NCBI RefSeq assembly: GCF_006345805.1
Contig: NC_043006.1
Span: 94,054,001-94,118,000 of the forward strand
DNA length: 64,000 nucleotides
Source of the DNA: Octopus sinensis
Lineage: Eukaryota
Reading direction: 5' to 3'
The position numbers and the translations under genes were made by a program. Positions 51,931-64,000 of the stretch are shown piece by piece (positions within the stretch are counted from its first letter, which is position 1; every line of letters begins with the position of its first letter). Under the pieces are notes generated by a model. The model had not been told where the DNA came from and ran no database searches. It was given only the letters and a program-made list of their open reading frames with translations.

Positions 51931-52393
51931 AGCCTTGTTTTTACGTAGATGGCTCACTTATACATTGACATAGTTATATATATGTCAATCTCTTGTTTTG
52001 TCGGTCCATCTATCGAACTGTTTACCTAACTACAGATTTTTGTCTATGTTTGTGTAATTTCTGTATCTACGTATGTGTGTATGTATGTATCTATCTATTT
52101 ATCTACCTATCTATTATATTTAAATACCAATCTATCAATCAATCTGACTGTCTGTCAGTCTGTCCGTCTGTTTGTGCGTCCGCCTTACGTTCGTGTGTAC
52201 CTACCTACCTGCCTATCCTCTACCTACCACCCTACCCTTCACCATCACAACAGTCAATCTACTACCGCCCTCAGCGTCTCTATTATGTCACTCATGAGGA
52301 AAAGTAGAGGTGTCACTGAATTAAGAGAGGAGTCAAAATGTGACACAGTGACACACAGAAATTCGGTTTGGCATTTATTATTATTATTATTAC

Positions 52394-52428
<35 letters not shown>

Positions 52429-52474
52429 TATTACTATTATTATTTATTATATTATTATTATATTATTAATTATT

Positions 52475-52522
<48 letters not shown>

Positions 52523-53077
52523 GATATTATTATATACATCAACATACGCACATATGTACAACTCAGTGTTTGCACCAACATATTTTTTGTGTCTATATAT
52601 GTGTATATGCATATAATCATTCAAGTACTCACCAACACACACACATATATTCATATAAACATGAACACATATACACACATATCTACATACATGCATACAA
52701 ACATACATGAACATGCACATGCGAGCACACAGTGTAATATGACACAGAATAAAAGAAAAAAAAGCACATTATAGATGTATGTGAGTGCAGGAGAACGATG
52801 TGTCACAAGGCAACTAAAACACCCAAGAAAACAGCACAAATAATACAGATTGCAAAGATAAATAACAAGGCTGGGTATTTTCTTTCATACATTAACAGAA
52901 ATGAATGCAAGATGGCATAGACTGCGGCATGGGGGAAGGGTTTTTAAGTGAGGTTAGCGTGGGCGATGCTACGAATTGTTTTAGCTGGGTCACCGTATTA
53001 TTTTGGTCGCAAGTAACAGCAACCTACTGATTCTATCACTGTGCGTGCACAAAGCACTATTTAATATCTATGTTTGA

Positions 53078-53124
<47 letters not shown>

Positions 53125-53129
53125 AGTAG

Positions 53130-53179
<50 letters not shown>

Positions 53180-53343
53180 AAAGGGCGCGCGCGCGCATGC
53201 TAATCAACCATATGGTTCCTCGGTTTGGTACCACTGCGTGGCAACTTGGCCAAGTGTTTTCCACTTTCACCTCGGCCGGTCAAAGCCTTGGGAGTGGATT
53301 TGGTACACGGAGGCCCGTCATGTGTGTGTGTGTATATATATAT

Positions 53344-53379
<36 letters not shown>

Positions 53380-53380
<1 letters not shown>

Positions 53381-54186
53381 ATCAAATAAGGGTAGAAATT
53401 GTTATTAATCAATTAATAACCAGTAGGCTAGCATATTTAAAAAAAGAATCCGAAGATTACAAATTTTTTACATACAGTCCTCTAAATTTTGTGTATATAT
53501 ATATATATATATATATCAAACTTAGTTATAGAATAAACAAATGCAAGGTCATCCAATAACATTTCATAATTCGAACATTTAATCATAGAATATACATTTA
53601 GACATCACGGAAGATGGAATATAATTCATCTGTACAAGCATATAAGAATTTTGGAAATATGGTTTCCTTTTTAACTATAAGCCCTCTCTTATTCGATAAG
53701 TAATTTTATAAGATTTTCTAAACGATGAACCTTTATTTTATTTTACATTATATATTATATATATTTATTTGCTTCCTATATTTATATATACCTATATATT
53801 TATATATTACTTTATACTATATTTTTACGTTTTACCTTCTAGGTGTTGTAATGGTTTTTTAAAAAAAATATATATATTTTTCTTAATCGCTAAAGTATTA
53901 ACTTTAAAACCGTGATGAACTGTATTCACAATATATTCAAACATTTTTCTCGCACTTCTTATATGCTTGTACAGATGAATTATATTCCATCTTCCGTGAT
54001 GTCTAAATGTATATTCTCTTATTAAATGTTCGAGTTATGAAATGTTATTGGATGACCTTGCATTTGTTTGTTCTATAACTTAGTTTGATATATTTGTCTC
54101 ATTCAATTGAGCACTTCTATAGCAGTCCTATTAAACATTTTTTCCTGATAAAAACATCACTGTATTATTGATATATATATTATATT

Positions 54187-54218
<32 letters not shown>

Positions 54219-54259
54219 TATATATATATATATATTAATATACATACATATATACATAT

Positions 54260-54303
<44 letters not shown>

Positions 54304-55120
54304 TATATATATATAATCAAATAAGGGTAGAAAGAAAATGTTATTAATCAATTAATAACCAGTAGGCTAGCAATTTAAAAAAAGAATCCGAAGATTACAA
54401 TTTTTTACATACAGTCTCTATAAATTTTGTGATATCTATATGATATAATATATATATTATATATATATATCAAACTAGTTATAGATATAAACAAATGCAA
54501 GGTCATCCAATAACATTTCATAATTCGACCATTTAATCATAGAATATACATTAGACATCACGGAAGATGGAAATAATTCATCTGTACAAGCATATAAGAA
54601 TTTTGGAAATATGGTTTCCTTTTTAACTATAAGCCCTCTCTTATTCGATAAGTTAATTTTATAAGATTTTCTAAACGATGAACCTTTATTTTATTTACAT
54701 TATATATATATATATTTATTTGCTTCTATATTTATATAACCTATATATTTATATATTACTTTATTACATTTTTTACGTTTTACCTTCTAGGTGTTGTAAT
54801 GGTTTTTAAAAAAAAAAAATATATTTTTCTTAATCGCTAAGTATTAACTTTTAACCGTGATGAACTGTATTCACATATATTAAAACATTTTTCTCGCACT
54901 TTCTTATATGCTTGTACGATGAATTATATTCCATCTTCCGTGATGTCTAAATGTATATTCTATGATTAAATGTTCGAGTTATGAAATGTTATTGGATGAC
55001 CTTGCATTGTTTGTTCTATTAACTTTAGTTTGATATATGTTTCTCATTCAATTGAGCACTTCTATAGCAGTCCTATTAACATTTGTTCCTGATAAGAAAC
55101 AATCACTGTATTATTGATAT
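53380..55120. repeat. Tandem pair of ~800-bp units, each containing a ~135-bp inverted repeat
   Basis: 53380-54175 vs 54314-55120 differ mostly by 1-bp indels; arms 53513-53648 and 53957-54095 in the first unit. Confidence 0.8.
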
Positions 55121-55134
55121 ATATATATACTATA

Positions 55135-55182
<48 letters not shown>

Positions 55183-55533
55183 ATACATATATTACATATA
55201 TATACTAATATGTGGTGTGTCTGTGTGTGTATACACGTCGCATTTCTTTCGGTTTCCGTCTGCCAAATCCACTCACAAGGCTTTGGTCGCCCGAGGCTAA
55301 AGCAGAAGACCTTTGCCCAATGTGCCACGCAGTGGGACTAAACCCGGAACCATGTGGTTGGTAGGTAGGTTGGTTACCACACATACAAATAGTGCCTGAT
55401 GAATATATTTGAGATAGATAAATAGATAGATTATATACTTGTAATACACAAAATGTCTGGGCTCTTCTGCCAAATGAATATGCTTTCTGGAATCCCAACA
55501 CACTCTCTGACTCTTTTTCAGGCTTCCCCCCTC

Positions 55534-55593
<60 letters not shown>

Positions 55594-56129
55594 CTCACGT
55601 TCCCGCGCCCGGTTATTTGAGCGGTGCTGTGCGTGTGTGTGTCTATTTGTTCGTTTACATGCACGTATTTGTGCGAGAAACCGTGCACCTAGAATTGCAT
55701 GTGTGTGATGTAAATGCGTGTGCGTGTGTGTGTGTGTGAGAGAGAGAGGGAGAGGGAGAGAGAGAGAGAGAGAGGGGGAGGGAGAGAGTACTCTTGTTCA
55801 TGAGATTATGTTTACTTTTAGATTTCCAGCTGATAGGAAAGATATCTAGCAAAAATATACATTGGAGTAGGTGTACAAAAGATAAACGTTGCCAGAAGTG
55901 GGGCCCAGAGGAAACAGCATTTCTGTATTGACTTAGGACACTGTACTTAGTCATGTATATAACTGTGTGCACGTTTGCATGTGTTCAACACTGTGGGTGT
56001 GTACTTGTGTGTGTAACTAAGTGAGTGTAAGTGGATGGTTGTGTGTGTCTGTGAATATGTGTACAAGTGTGTATACATGTATGAGTGAATGTACGTATAT
56101 ACATTATATATATATATATATATATATAC

Positions 56130-56450
56130 ACCAACTAATACATACTAATACGTACTAATACATACTAGTACATACTAATACATACACCAACCCTATACAT
56201 ACACACGTCCAGACCCCGCATACGCACTTATACTCTCTCATACACACACACCACACTTATACATACCAATACGTACTAATACAATAATAAATACTAATAC
56301 ATACACAACCCCATACAACGCACGTCCAGACCAATCCTACGCACTAATACTCTCTCTATCACACACACACACACACCCTTATACATACTAATACATACAC
56401 CAACCCTATACATACAACATCCAGACCCTCCTACGCACTATTAGCTGGTC
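56130..56450. repeat. Minisatellite, ~125-bp unit x ~3 built on ATACTA repeats
   Basis: Recurring CATACACCAACCCTATACATAC..GTCCAGACCC..ACGCACT. Confidence 0.7.
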
Positions 56451-56740
56451 CCTCAACCCTTTATCAACCCTATTATCTCCCCTTATTTCGCTCTCGCGTC
56501 TCATGTTTGATCTTTGACCTCTGGCCGAAATCGATCGCCATGTTGATCGTAGCTACTGCACGCATTTTTTTCTCTCCTTCTTTCTGTGTTTTTTTCTCTC
56601 TGTGTTCTTTCTGTTGAAGAGCGTAGGCTCGAAACGTTTAAGACTTGTTTATTTATATTTCCTGAGCGCACATACTAATACAATTGTTCGTTGTTTTCCA
56701 CCTGCCTTCGTTTTGTTTATTTCATAAAGCTCCAGTATAT

Positions 56741-56788
<48 letters not shown>

Positions 56789-57739
56789 TATATATAGGAA
56801 GAGAGGGAGGCGCAGGAGTGACTGTGTGGTAAGAAGCTTGTTCCCAAAGACATAGTTCCGGGTTCAGTCCTACTGCGTGGCATCTTAAGCAAGTGTCTTC
56901 TATTTTACCTTCAGATCGAACAAAGGCTTGTGAATGGATTTGGAGGCCGGAACTGAAAGAATCCCGTCCTATGTATATATATATATAGATATATATATAT
57001 ATATATATGTGTATGTATTTTTGTCTGTTTGTCCCCAACCAGCGGTTCGGCAAAATCAGGCGATAGAATAAACATTTAGGCTTACAAAGAATAAGTCCTG
57101 GGGTCGACTTATTCGACTAAAAGGCGGTGCTCCAGTATGGCCGCGGTCAAATGACTGAAACAAGTAAAAGTGTGTGTATATATATATGCATATACAAAAC
57201 CACATGGAAGCAAATGCTTTGGTATGTGTGTGTTTTGTGTGTGTGTGTGTGTGTGTGTGGTGTGCATATATATAAGCATAACACCTAAATGCGTTATTTT
57301 TACTCGTAATAAAAGCTCACACCACGTATGTAGACAGACAGACAGACAGACAGATCTATGTTTCTTTCTTCTGATATTTCTACAGACGTAGGATGACTCC
57401 TAATTGGTTGCGGTGAGGAGTAGCCTTATACGAGGCTAAGCTGAGTTAAGAGCAGAGCAGGCAGAATACGGTTGTAAGGTAGATTGGAGCGTAAGATTCT
57501 CAGAGGAGATTGGAGATTTTATATAATATCTCTCCAACTAATATTTCCGAAATTTAGATGAGTCATAGAGGGATGGTAAATCCGGAAAGGAAATCTGTTC
57601 AACTACCAAACATACGCGCACATACATACACACACACTCCATCACATCCACTCACTCACATATACGCAAACATACACATATCTATAGATATATTTATACT
57701 CATACTGGTATCCTTTACTAATTATTTTCAACTGTCTGT

Positions 57740-57787
<48 letters not shown>

Positions 57788-57866
57788 TAAAATACATACT
57801 AAGATACATAAATATATATATATACATATATATATATATATTATATATATATATATATATGTGAGT

Positions 57867-57899
<33 letters not shown>

Positions 57900-57917
57900 A
57901 AAGATAGAGAGAGAGCA

Positions 57918-57952
<35 letters not shown>

Positions 57953-58160
57953 TTATATATTTGTAATACACAAAATGTCTGGGCTCTTCTGCCAAGTGAA
58001 TATGCTCCCTGGTATCCCAACACTCTCTCTGACTCTTTTTCTGGCTTCCTCACTCCCTCTGTCTCACGTGTGCGCGCGCGGCCGGCCGCTAACACACCAA
58101 GCGATGATAGGGGACAAACACAGACACAAATACACACACACACACACACACCTACATCTA

Positions 58161-58224
<64 letters not shown>

Positions 58225-58261
58225 ATCTATCTATCTATCTATCTATCTATAATCATCTATC

Positions 58262-58300
<39 letters not shown>

Positions 58301-58742
58301 TATATATATATATATATATAATATATATATATATATATACGACGGCTTCTTTCAGTTTTCGTCTACCAAAATCACAAGCCTTTGGTCGGCCTGATGCTAA
58401 AGTAGAGGACACTTGGCTGTTTTTCTCTCTACAAAACAGAAAGTTACATTGTAGAACAGTCATTTTAACGAGTGCTTTTTAAAATTTATTTATCACCCGA
58501 CGAGATACATCTGCACCACCGGAAACTCCTGAACCAGATGTTGAGTGTCCCACAAGAGGAATCGATGCTAGATGTGTCGAAACAATTGGGATTAATAATG
58601 TACTCTCATATATTCCATCTTCTGTCATTCATTTGTTATATATGTAGTTTTGATGGACACAGAACACTATAAACAAGGCCCCCTTTTTCAAAACCTATCT
58701 CCTTCTGTACACATATTTTTCCCCACCCAAAACCTAAACAGT

Positions 58743-59114
58743 TATCTCCCTACAGAACACAATTAACTCATAACAACCAATTACCTCCCTTTACTTGTCA
58801 ACTTGCAAAATCATTCACTCGTGAATCTCAGTTAAACAACATAGACCCATTTTCTTCTTAAGAAAAAATATATTTTCATATAAATTAAACATTGTATCAT
58901 GAATAGCGATTGCGAAACGGTCGATGCATTAAAATATACTATAACCATGTAAGTGTGCGTATTTTCCGTTTTTTATTTTTCTTATATACATACAATCCAC
59001 CACTGGGGACAACCGAAATTCCTCTTTTCTGTTACTACTACCACTAATCTTAGATATATATATAATCAAAAGGGTAATAACATAGATTATTATTACCATA
59101 TATAGATATATATA

Positions 59115-59145
<31 letters not shown>

Positions 59146-60196
59146 ATTTGTGTGTGTGAGTGTGTGCGTGCGTGCATGTGTTTAAGATCGTATATATGTA
59201 CATCTTTCCGTCCGTCCGTCTGCCTCTCTTTCTCTCTCTCATCCTGTTCTCCTTTCGCTCCCCTTCTTTTCGACCCCTTTATCATACCTATCCGTTCCTC
59301 ACCAAATCCATTCGCAGAAGCCATTCACCGCACCCTACTGCTTTTCACATCCCTTTACTTTCTCTTCGGTTGGCGTCGTCCACGCTTCTTCTTCGTCACC
59401 TCGAACATCGGAAAACCACTATCTCTCTCCATATCTTCTTCCGTGGATCACCAATAAAAAATCTTAATGGTTTTGTTTTCGATTACAGAAGGGGTCCACT
59501 AATTAGGCTTTGAGAGAACGTCTTATGTCTTCTGTTTAAACATAGTTGTCTTCGGTCTTAGTTCACTGCCCGTTTTCTTCTAAACACTTTCGCGGCAGAC
59601 ACAATTAGGCCCTCCATATTTTCAGTCACACAGCAACCAAACAGTCATAATAAAACCACATAGCTTCTCTCACGGGAATTGATTCTATTCTCCTTTTGTT
59701 CCACTTCTTTCTCGTTCCAGTTACTTTTCCCACNNNNNNNNNNNNNNNNNNNNNNNNNNNNNNNNNNNNNNNNNNNNNNNNNNNNNNNNNNNNNNNNNNN
59801 NNNNNNNNNNNNNNNNNNNNNNNNNNNNNNNNNCTCCCTTACAGACAAACAATAACAATAATAACAACAATTACCTCCCTTTACTTGTCAACTTGTAAAA
59901 TCATTCACCATCGTGAATTCAGTTAATAAACAACATAGACCCATTTTCTTCTTAAGAAAAAATATATTTTCATATAAATTAAAACATTGTATCATGAATA
60001 GGATTGCCGAACCCGGTCGATGCATTAAAAATATACTATAACCATGTAAGTGTGCGTATTTTTCCGTTTTTATTTTCTTATATACATTATACAATCCACC
60101 AGTGGGGACAACCGAAATTCCTCTTTTCTGTTACTACTACCACTACTATATATATATATATAATCAAAAAGGGTAATAACATAGATTAATATTACC

Positions 60197-60244
<48 letters not shown>

Positions 60245-60834
60245 ATTTGTGTGTGTGAGTGTGTGCGTGCGTGCATGTGTTTAAGATCGTATATATGTAC
60301 ATCTTTCCGTCCGTCCGTCTGCCTCTCTTTCTCTCTCTCATCCTGTTCTCCTTTCGCTCCCCTTCTTTTCGACCCCTTTATCATACCTATCCGTTCCTCA
60401 CCAAATCCATTCGCAGAAGCCCATTCACCGCACCCTACATTTTCACATCCCTTTACTTTCTCTCTTCGGTGGCGTCGTCCACGCTTCTTCTTCGTCACCT
60501 CGAACATCGGAAAACCACTATCTCTCTCCATATCTTCTCCGTGGATCACCCAATAAAAAATCTTAATGTTTTTGTTTTCGATTTACAGAAGGGGTCCACT
60601 AATTAGGCTTTGCAGAGAACAGTCTTTATGTCTTCTGTTTAAACATAGTGTCTTCGGTCTTAGTTCACTGCCCGTTTTCTTCTAACACTTTCCGCGGCAG
60701 ACACAATTAGGCCCTCCATATTTTCAGTCACACAGCAACCAAACAGTCATACTAAAACCACATAGCTTCTCTCACGGGAATTGATTCTATTCTCCTTTTG
60801 TTCCACTTCTTTCTCGTTCCAGTTACTTTTCCCA
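58743..60834. other. ~1-kb direct duplication flanking a 100-N assembly gap (59734-59833)
   Basis: 58743-59733 and 59834-60834 are near-identical and differ mainly by small indels. Confidence 0.85.
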
Positions 60835-61011
60835 CCGCCTCTTTCCCCCAACCTGTCTGAAAAAGGATAATGTCCGAAACGTTATAATAATTCTTTCCTT
60901 TCCCTCAACCATCTCTCATATTATTCCTGTAAACCTATCGCCTTATTGCTTTGGGTCTTACCACCCCACTCACACGTAGTACGTGTGTGCATATATATAT
61001 CTTTTTTAATA

Positions 61012-61047
<36 letters not shown>

Positions 61048-61338
61048 CAAGATAGAAAATGGCGAAATACATCTAAATCAAATATCAATTACCAGATTAC
61101 TCATCACATACTTTATTAAACCACCACATCAGAGACTGTAGGGTTAATTTTGTGGTAAATCATTTACCTTTGCCCAAATAATACAGTACATGGAATTGAT
61201 TGCCTCGCAATCATTAACTTTACGTATTAACTTTGTTGGTACATCACTAGCAGTATATTGGATATACGTTATCCATAGAGGGGTGCATTTACAACCCCCT
61301 ATCTCAATTGTTATTATAATATCGATTATATATATATC

Positions 61339-61376
<38 letters not shown>

Positions 61377-61674
61377 ATATATATATATTTAATATATAAA
61401 ATATAAATTAGAGATCAAACTGACTAGCATGCAACTCAAACAGTGATAGACCTAAACCGATACATAAAGACCAATATATATATATATATATATATAATAT
61501 ATATATATATATAAATATATTCTTTCCTAGAGGGTATTGGAATATTCCCCAAAATAGCGGTTCTAGCTTACCAGTAAGTTCCATAATATACGAAATTTAT
61601 ATTTAAATGCACTCAATCAACGTAAACGTAGCTATCAATATAATAATAATTCTAGTAATAATAATAATAATAAC

Positions 61675-61733
<59 letters not shown>

Positions 61734-62515
61734 GTGTGTGTGTGCACCATCATCAGCATCATTCTCCAGTGATAGCAGCATCACCATCACCGACCCAACC
61801 AAAGATTCTTTACGTGGTCGCTCGTCCTACTAGAAATAATAACCAAATCTTCTTCTCAAAGGAGGATATGTTGGATAATCTGGTCCTAAGTTCTCAACAG
61901 TTAGAAAGAAAAAAGATCACGGTTAGGGCGTCCTCAGTCATTGGTTTGTCCAATCAAGGCTGATGCACGGCTAAACCACAAACCGCTCGCATCACCGCTA
62001 CCAACATCACTACACTAACATCAATAACACCACCACCACCACCACCACCACCACCACCACCACCACCACCACCACCACCACCACCACCACCACCACCACC
62101 ACCACCACCACCACCATCATCCCCATCAAAACCAATATTTATCAGTACAAGAATCACGTAAACCACATCATACTCATTATCATGACTGCGACTGCCATTA
62201 GCATTACCACCACCACCACCACCACCACCACCACCACCACTTGATGAATTTGGTGAAGCGGCGGAAATCACCGAGTGGGAATTCCTGCTGGAAAATATGT
62301 TAAAATATTTGGGGCTATATAAAAATAACAAAAACACGTACTCATGTAATGTATGTATGTATATATATACTCATATGTACATATATATATATACACTAAA
62401 ATCAATACCACCACCATCCCCATTAAAACCAATATTTATCAGTACAAGCATCACGTAAAGTGTATATATATATATATATATGTATATGTATATATGTACA
62501 TATATATATATATGT

Positions 62516-62546
<31 letters not shown>

Positions 62547-62657
62547 TACATATATATATATATATGTTATATATATATTATATACATGTATATATATATA
62601 TGTATATATATATATGTACATATATATATATTGTGTATATATATATGACTATATATT

Positions 62658-62710
<53 letters not shown>

Positions 62711-63126
62711 ATGTATCGACACGTACACAAACATATCTGTACATACACATACACCTACATATAATAACATATTCTATTACTTCTGTATGTAGCACGTTAA
62801 ACAGACATCCATTTCTGTCAGCAGGAGAAGGTTTCTCTGCCATGCACACCTTATTCAAAGAGTACTTTTATGAGTATAGCGTCTCTGCTATACAGTCTAA
62901 GCAATGTAGAAGTCTAACTCGTCTGGCTGGTTCCTGACCACATGTTTTTCTCATTAACATGGATTTTAATCCAAAGCAGCGGGACTAAGCGTGTTTTCAT
63001 ATACATACATGTTACGTCATAAACTGTGATTAGATTAAAACAGAGTAATCCTGTAGAGAAGGGCATAACTTCTCACTTATAAACACATACTCAAACACAC
63101 ACACACACACACATATAGTATTTATT

Positions 63127-63158
<32 letters not shown>

Positions 63159-63178
63159 TATTATTATATTATTATTAC

Positions 63179-63220
<42 letters not shown>

Positions 63221-63233
63221 CATTATTATTATT

Positions 63234-64000
63234 TTCTCTTTATCACAGGTTTTGTTGGAGCACCTGGAGTCTTGCATGCGTAACAGGCTCACTACCTGCA
63301 GCCTACGGTAGCATGTTATTCGTTCTTTTCATCTATCTAATACTATCTAATAGGCAAGCACTAAGAACAAGCTACATAAAAATACAGAATAGACAACACA
63401 GCAGAAAGTGATAAGTGCAGAATCTGTGGACAAAACAGTGTCCAATGGATAAGCCTGGCTAAATTGTCGTTGCGTCTCATATTCCTTCTGGGCAAGTGGC
63501 GTACATTGGCTAGTAATATGCCATACGGTTTCATCGTTTTGTCCACAGATTCTGCACTTATCAGTTTCTGCTGTGTTGTCTATTCTGTATTTTATGTAGC
63601 TTGTTCTTAGTGCTTGCTCTTGGGCAGCACAGACTAGAGCCTCCGCTTCCGGTTTTAAAACACATTTTAGTCATCCACAGCCATCTTTTTTCTGTGCCTG
63701 TCTTATCTTCAACATCCCTATGAAATTGACCACACATTCTTTTCTTTACCCACCTATTTTCAGTTTCATTCGGTTTCAATTTCTTGTATTGTGCTTTATC
63801 TTTGCAATCTTTCATCCTACACAATCCTGACCTTCTTACTTCTAGTAATAGCGGTTCTGAGGAATTTTTTACATACCATGTTGCTTTCTTCTGCTTTAAT
63901 GCTGTGTTTGCATCCATTAAATCTTCTTCCCCCTCATTTTCTTGGTATATACGATCTGTCTGTGTCACTTTTTGGGTGGAGTGACCCATATCTAGTTAGC
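63234..64000 (-). mobile_element. R4/Dong-like (RLE-type) non-LTR retrotransposon 3' fragment ending at a (TAA)n tract
   Basis: Minus frames: MCGQFHRDV...WLWM, KPEAEALVCAAQEQALRTSYIKYRIDNTAETDKCRICGQNDETVWHITSQCTPLAQKEY, RNDNLARLIHW (CCHC and RHD-like motifs); (ATT)n 63120-63233 at the 3' end. Confidence 0.7.

Noticed and set aside
58472-58672. Non-repetitive ORF-like stretch (APPETPEPDVECP / DGIYESTLLIP on the opposite strand)
   Set aside because: No recognisable domain and weak splice signals.
58743-60834. 1-kb tandem duplication as a biological segmental duplication
   Set aside because: The copies sit exactly on either side of a 100-N gap and differ by indel-type noise; most likely unmerged contig overlap.
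60855-60885. CTGAAAA-A-GGA taatg TCC-GAAAC-GTT hammerhead-like motif (similar remnant at about 33590-33615)
   Set aside because: The core is mutated and stem I is not evident; counted only as a decayed remnant.
61546-61585. Possible minus-strand micro-exon ATG GAA CTT ACT G|GTAAGC
   Set aside because: Only four codons; such a match is expected by chance in 64 kb.
61935-61960. ATTGG...CCAATC pair as a promoter
   Set aside because: Short motifs with no identified transcription start or adjacent first exon.
61954-62337. Gly-rich minus-strand ORF (RNSHSVISAASPNSSSGGGG...DNEYDVVY) as an upstream receptor exon
   Set aside because: It is mostly (GGT)n, part of it is locally duplicated at about 62410-62458, and there is no convincing donor or domain match; cannot be supported without RNA data.

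Overview
AT-rich, microsatellite-saturated eukaryotic DNA. The repeat landscape and SINE types suggest an octopus or other cephalopod (inference, not searched). Two host genes converge across ~31 kb. One is the last coding exon of an NHL-repeat (TRIM-NHL, nhl-1-like) gene (+, 13320-13754). The other is the last three coding exons of a kinase-less FGFR-like/FGFRL1-like receptor (-, 48071-44627), which ends in a 15-residue tail with a PDZ-type C-terminus. The rest is mobile DNA. It includes a full-length, frameshifted Tx1-like (L1 clade) LINE with a 13-bp TSD (15042-20229), inserted in an older Tx1 ORF1 fragment that in turn lies between Helitron-like termini. There are also Tc1 and mariner relics, CR1, RTE and R4/Dong fragments, many tRNA-derived SINEs and several fold-back elements. 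Main hunt results: (1) the Tx1-like LINE and an abundant SINE share their 3' ~55 nt, and that SINE repeatedly sits at one fixed site inside other SINE heads; (2) several repeat families carry minimal type I hammerhead-ribozyme motifs, including a tRNA-headed SINE with a hammerhead tail, a G3-C8 compensated core inside a 302-bp spacerless palindrome, and a family with a fixed A6U core change. No CRISPR or prokaryotic features were seen, and most ORF-track entries are microsatellite translations.
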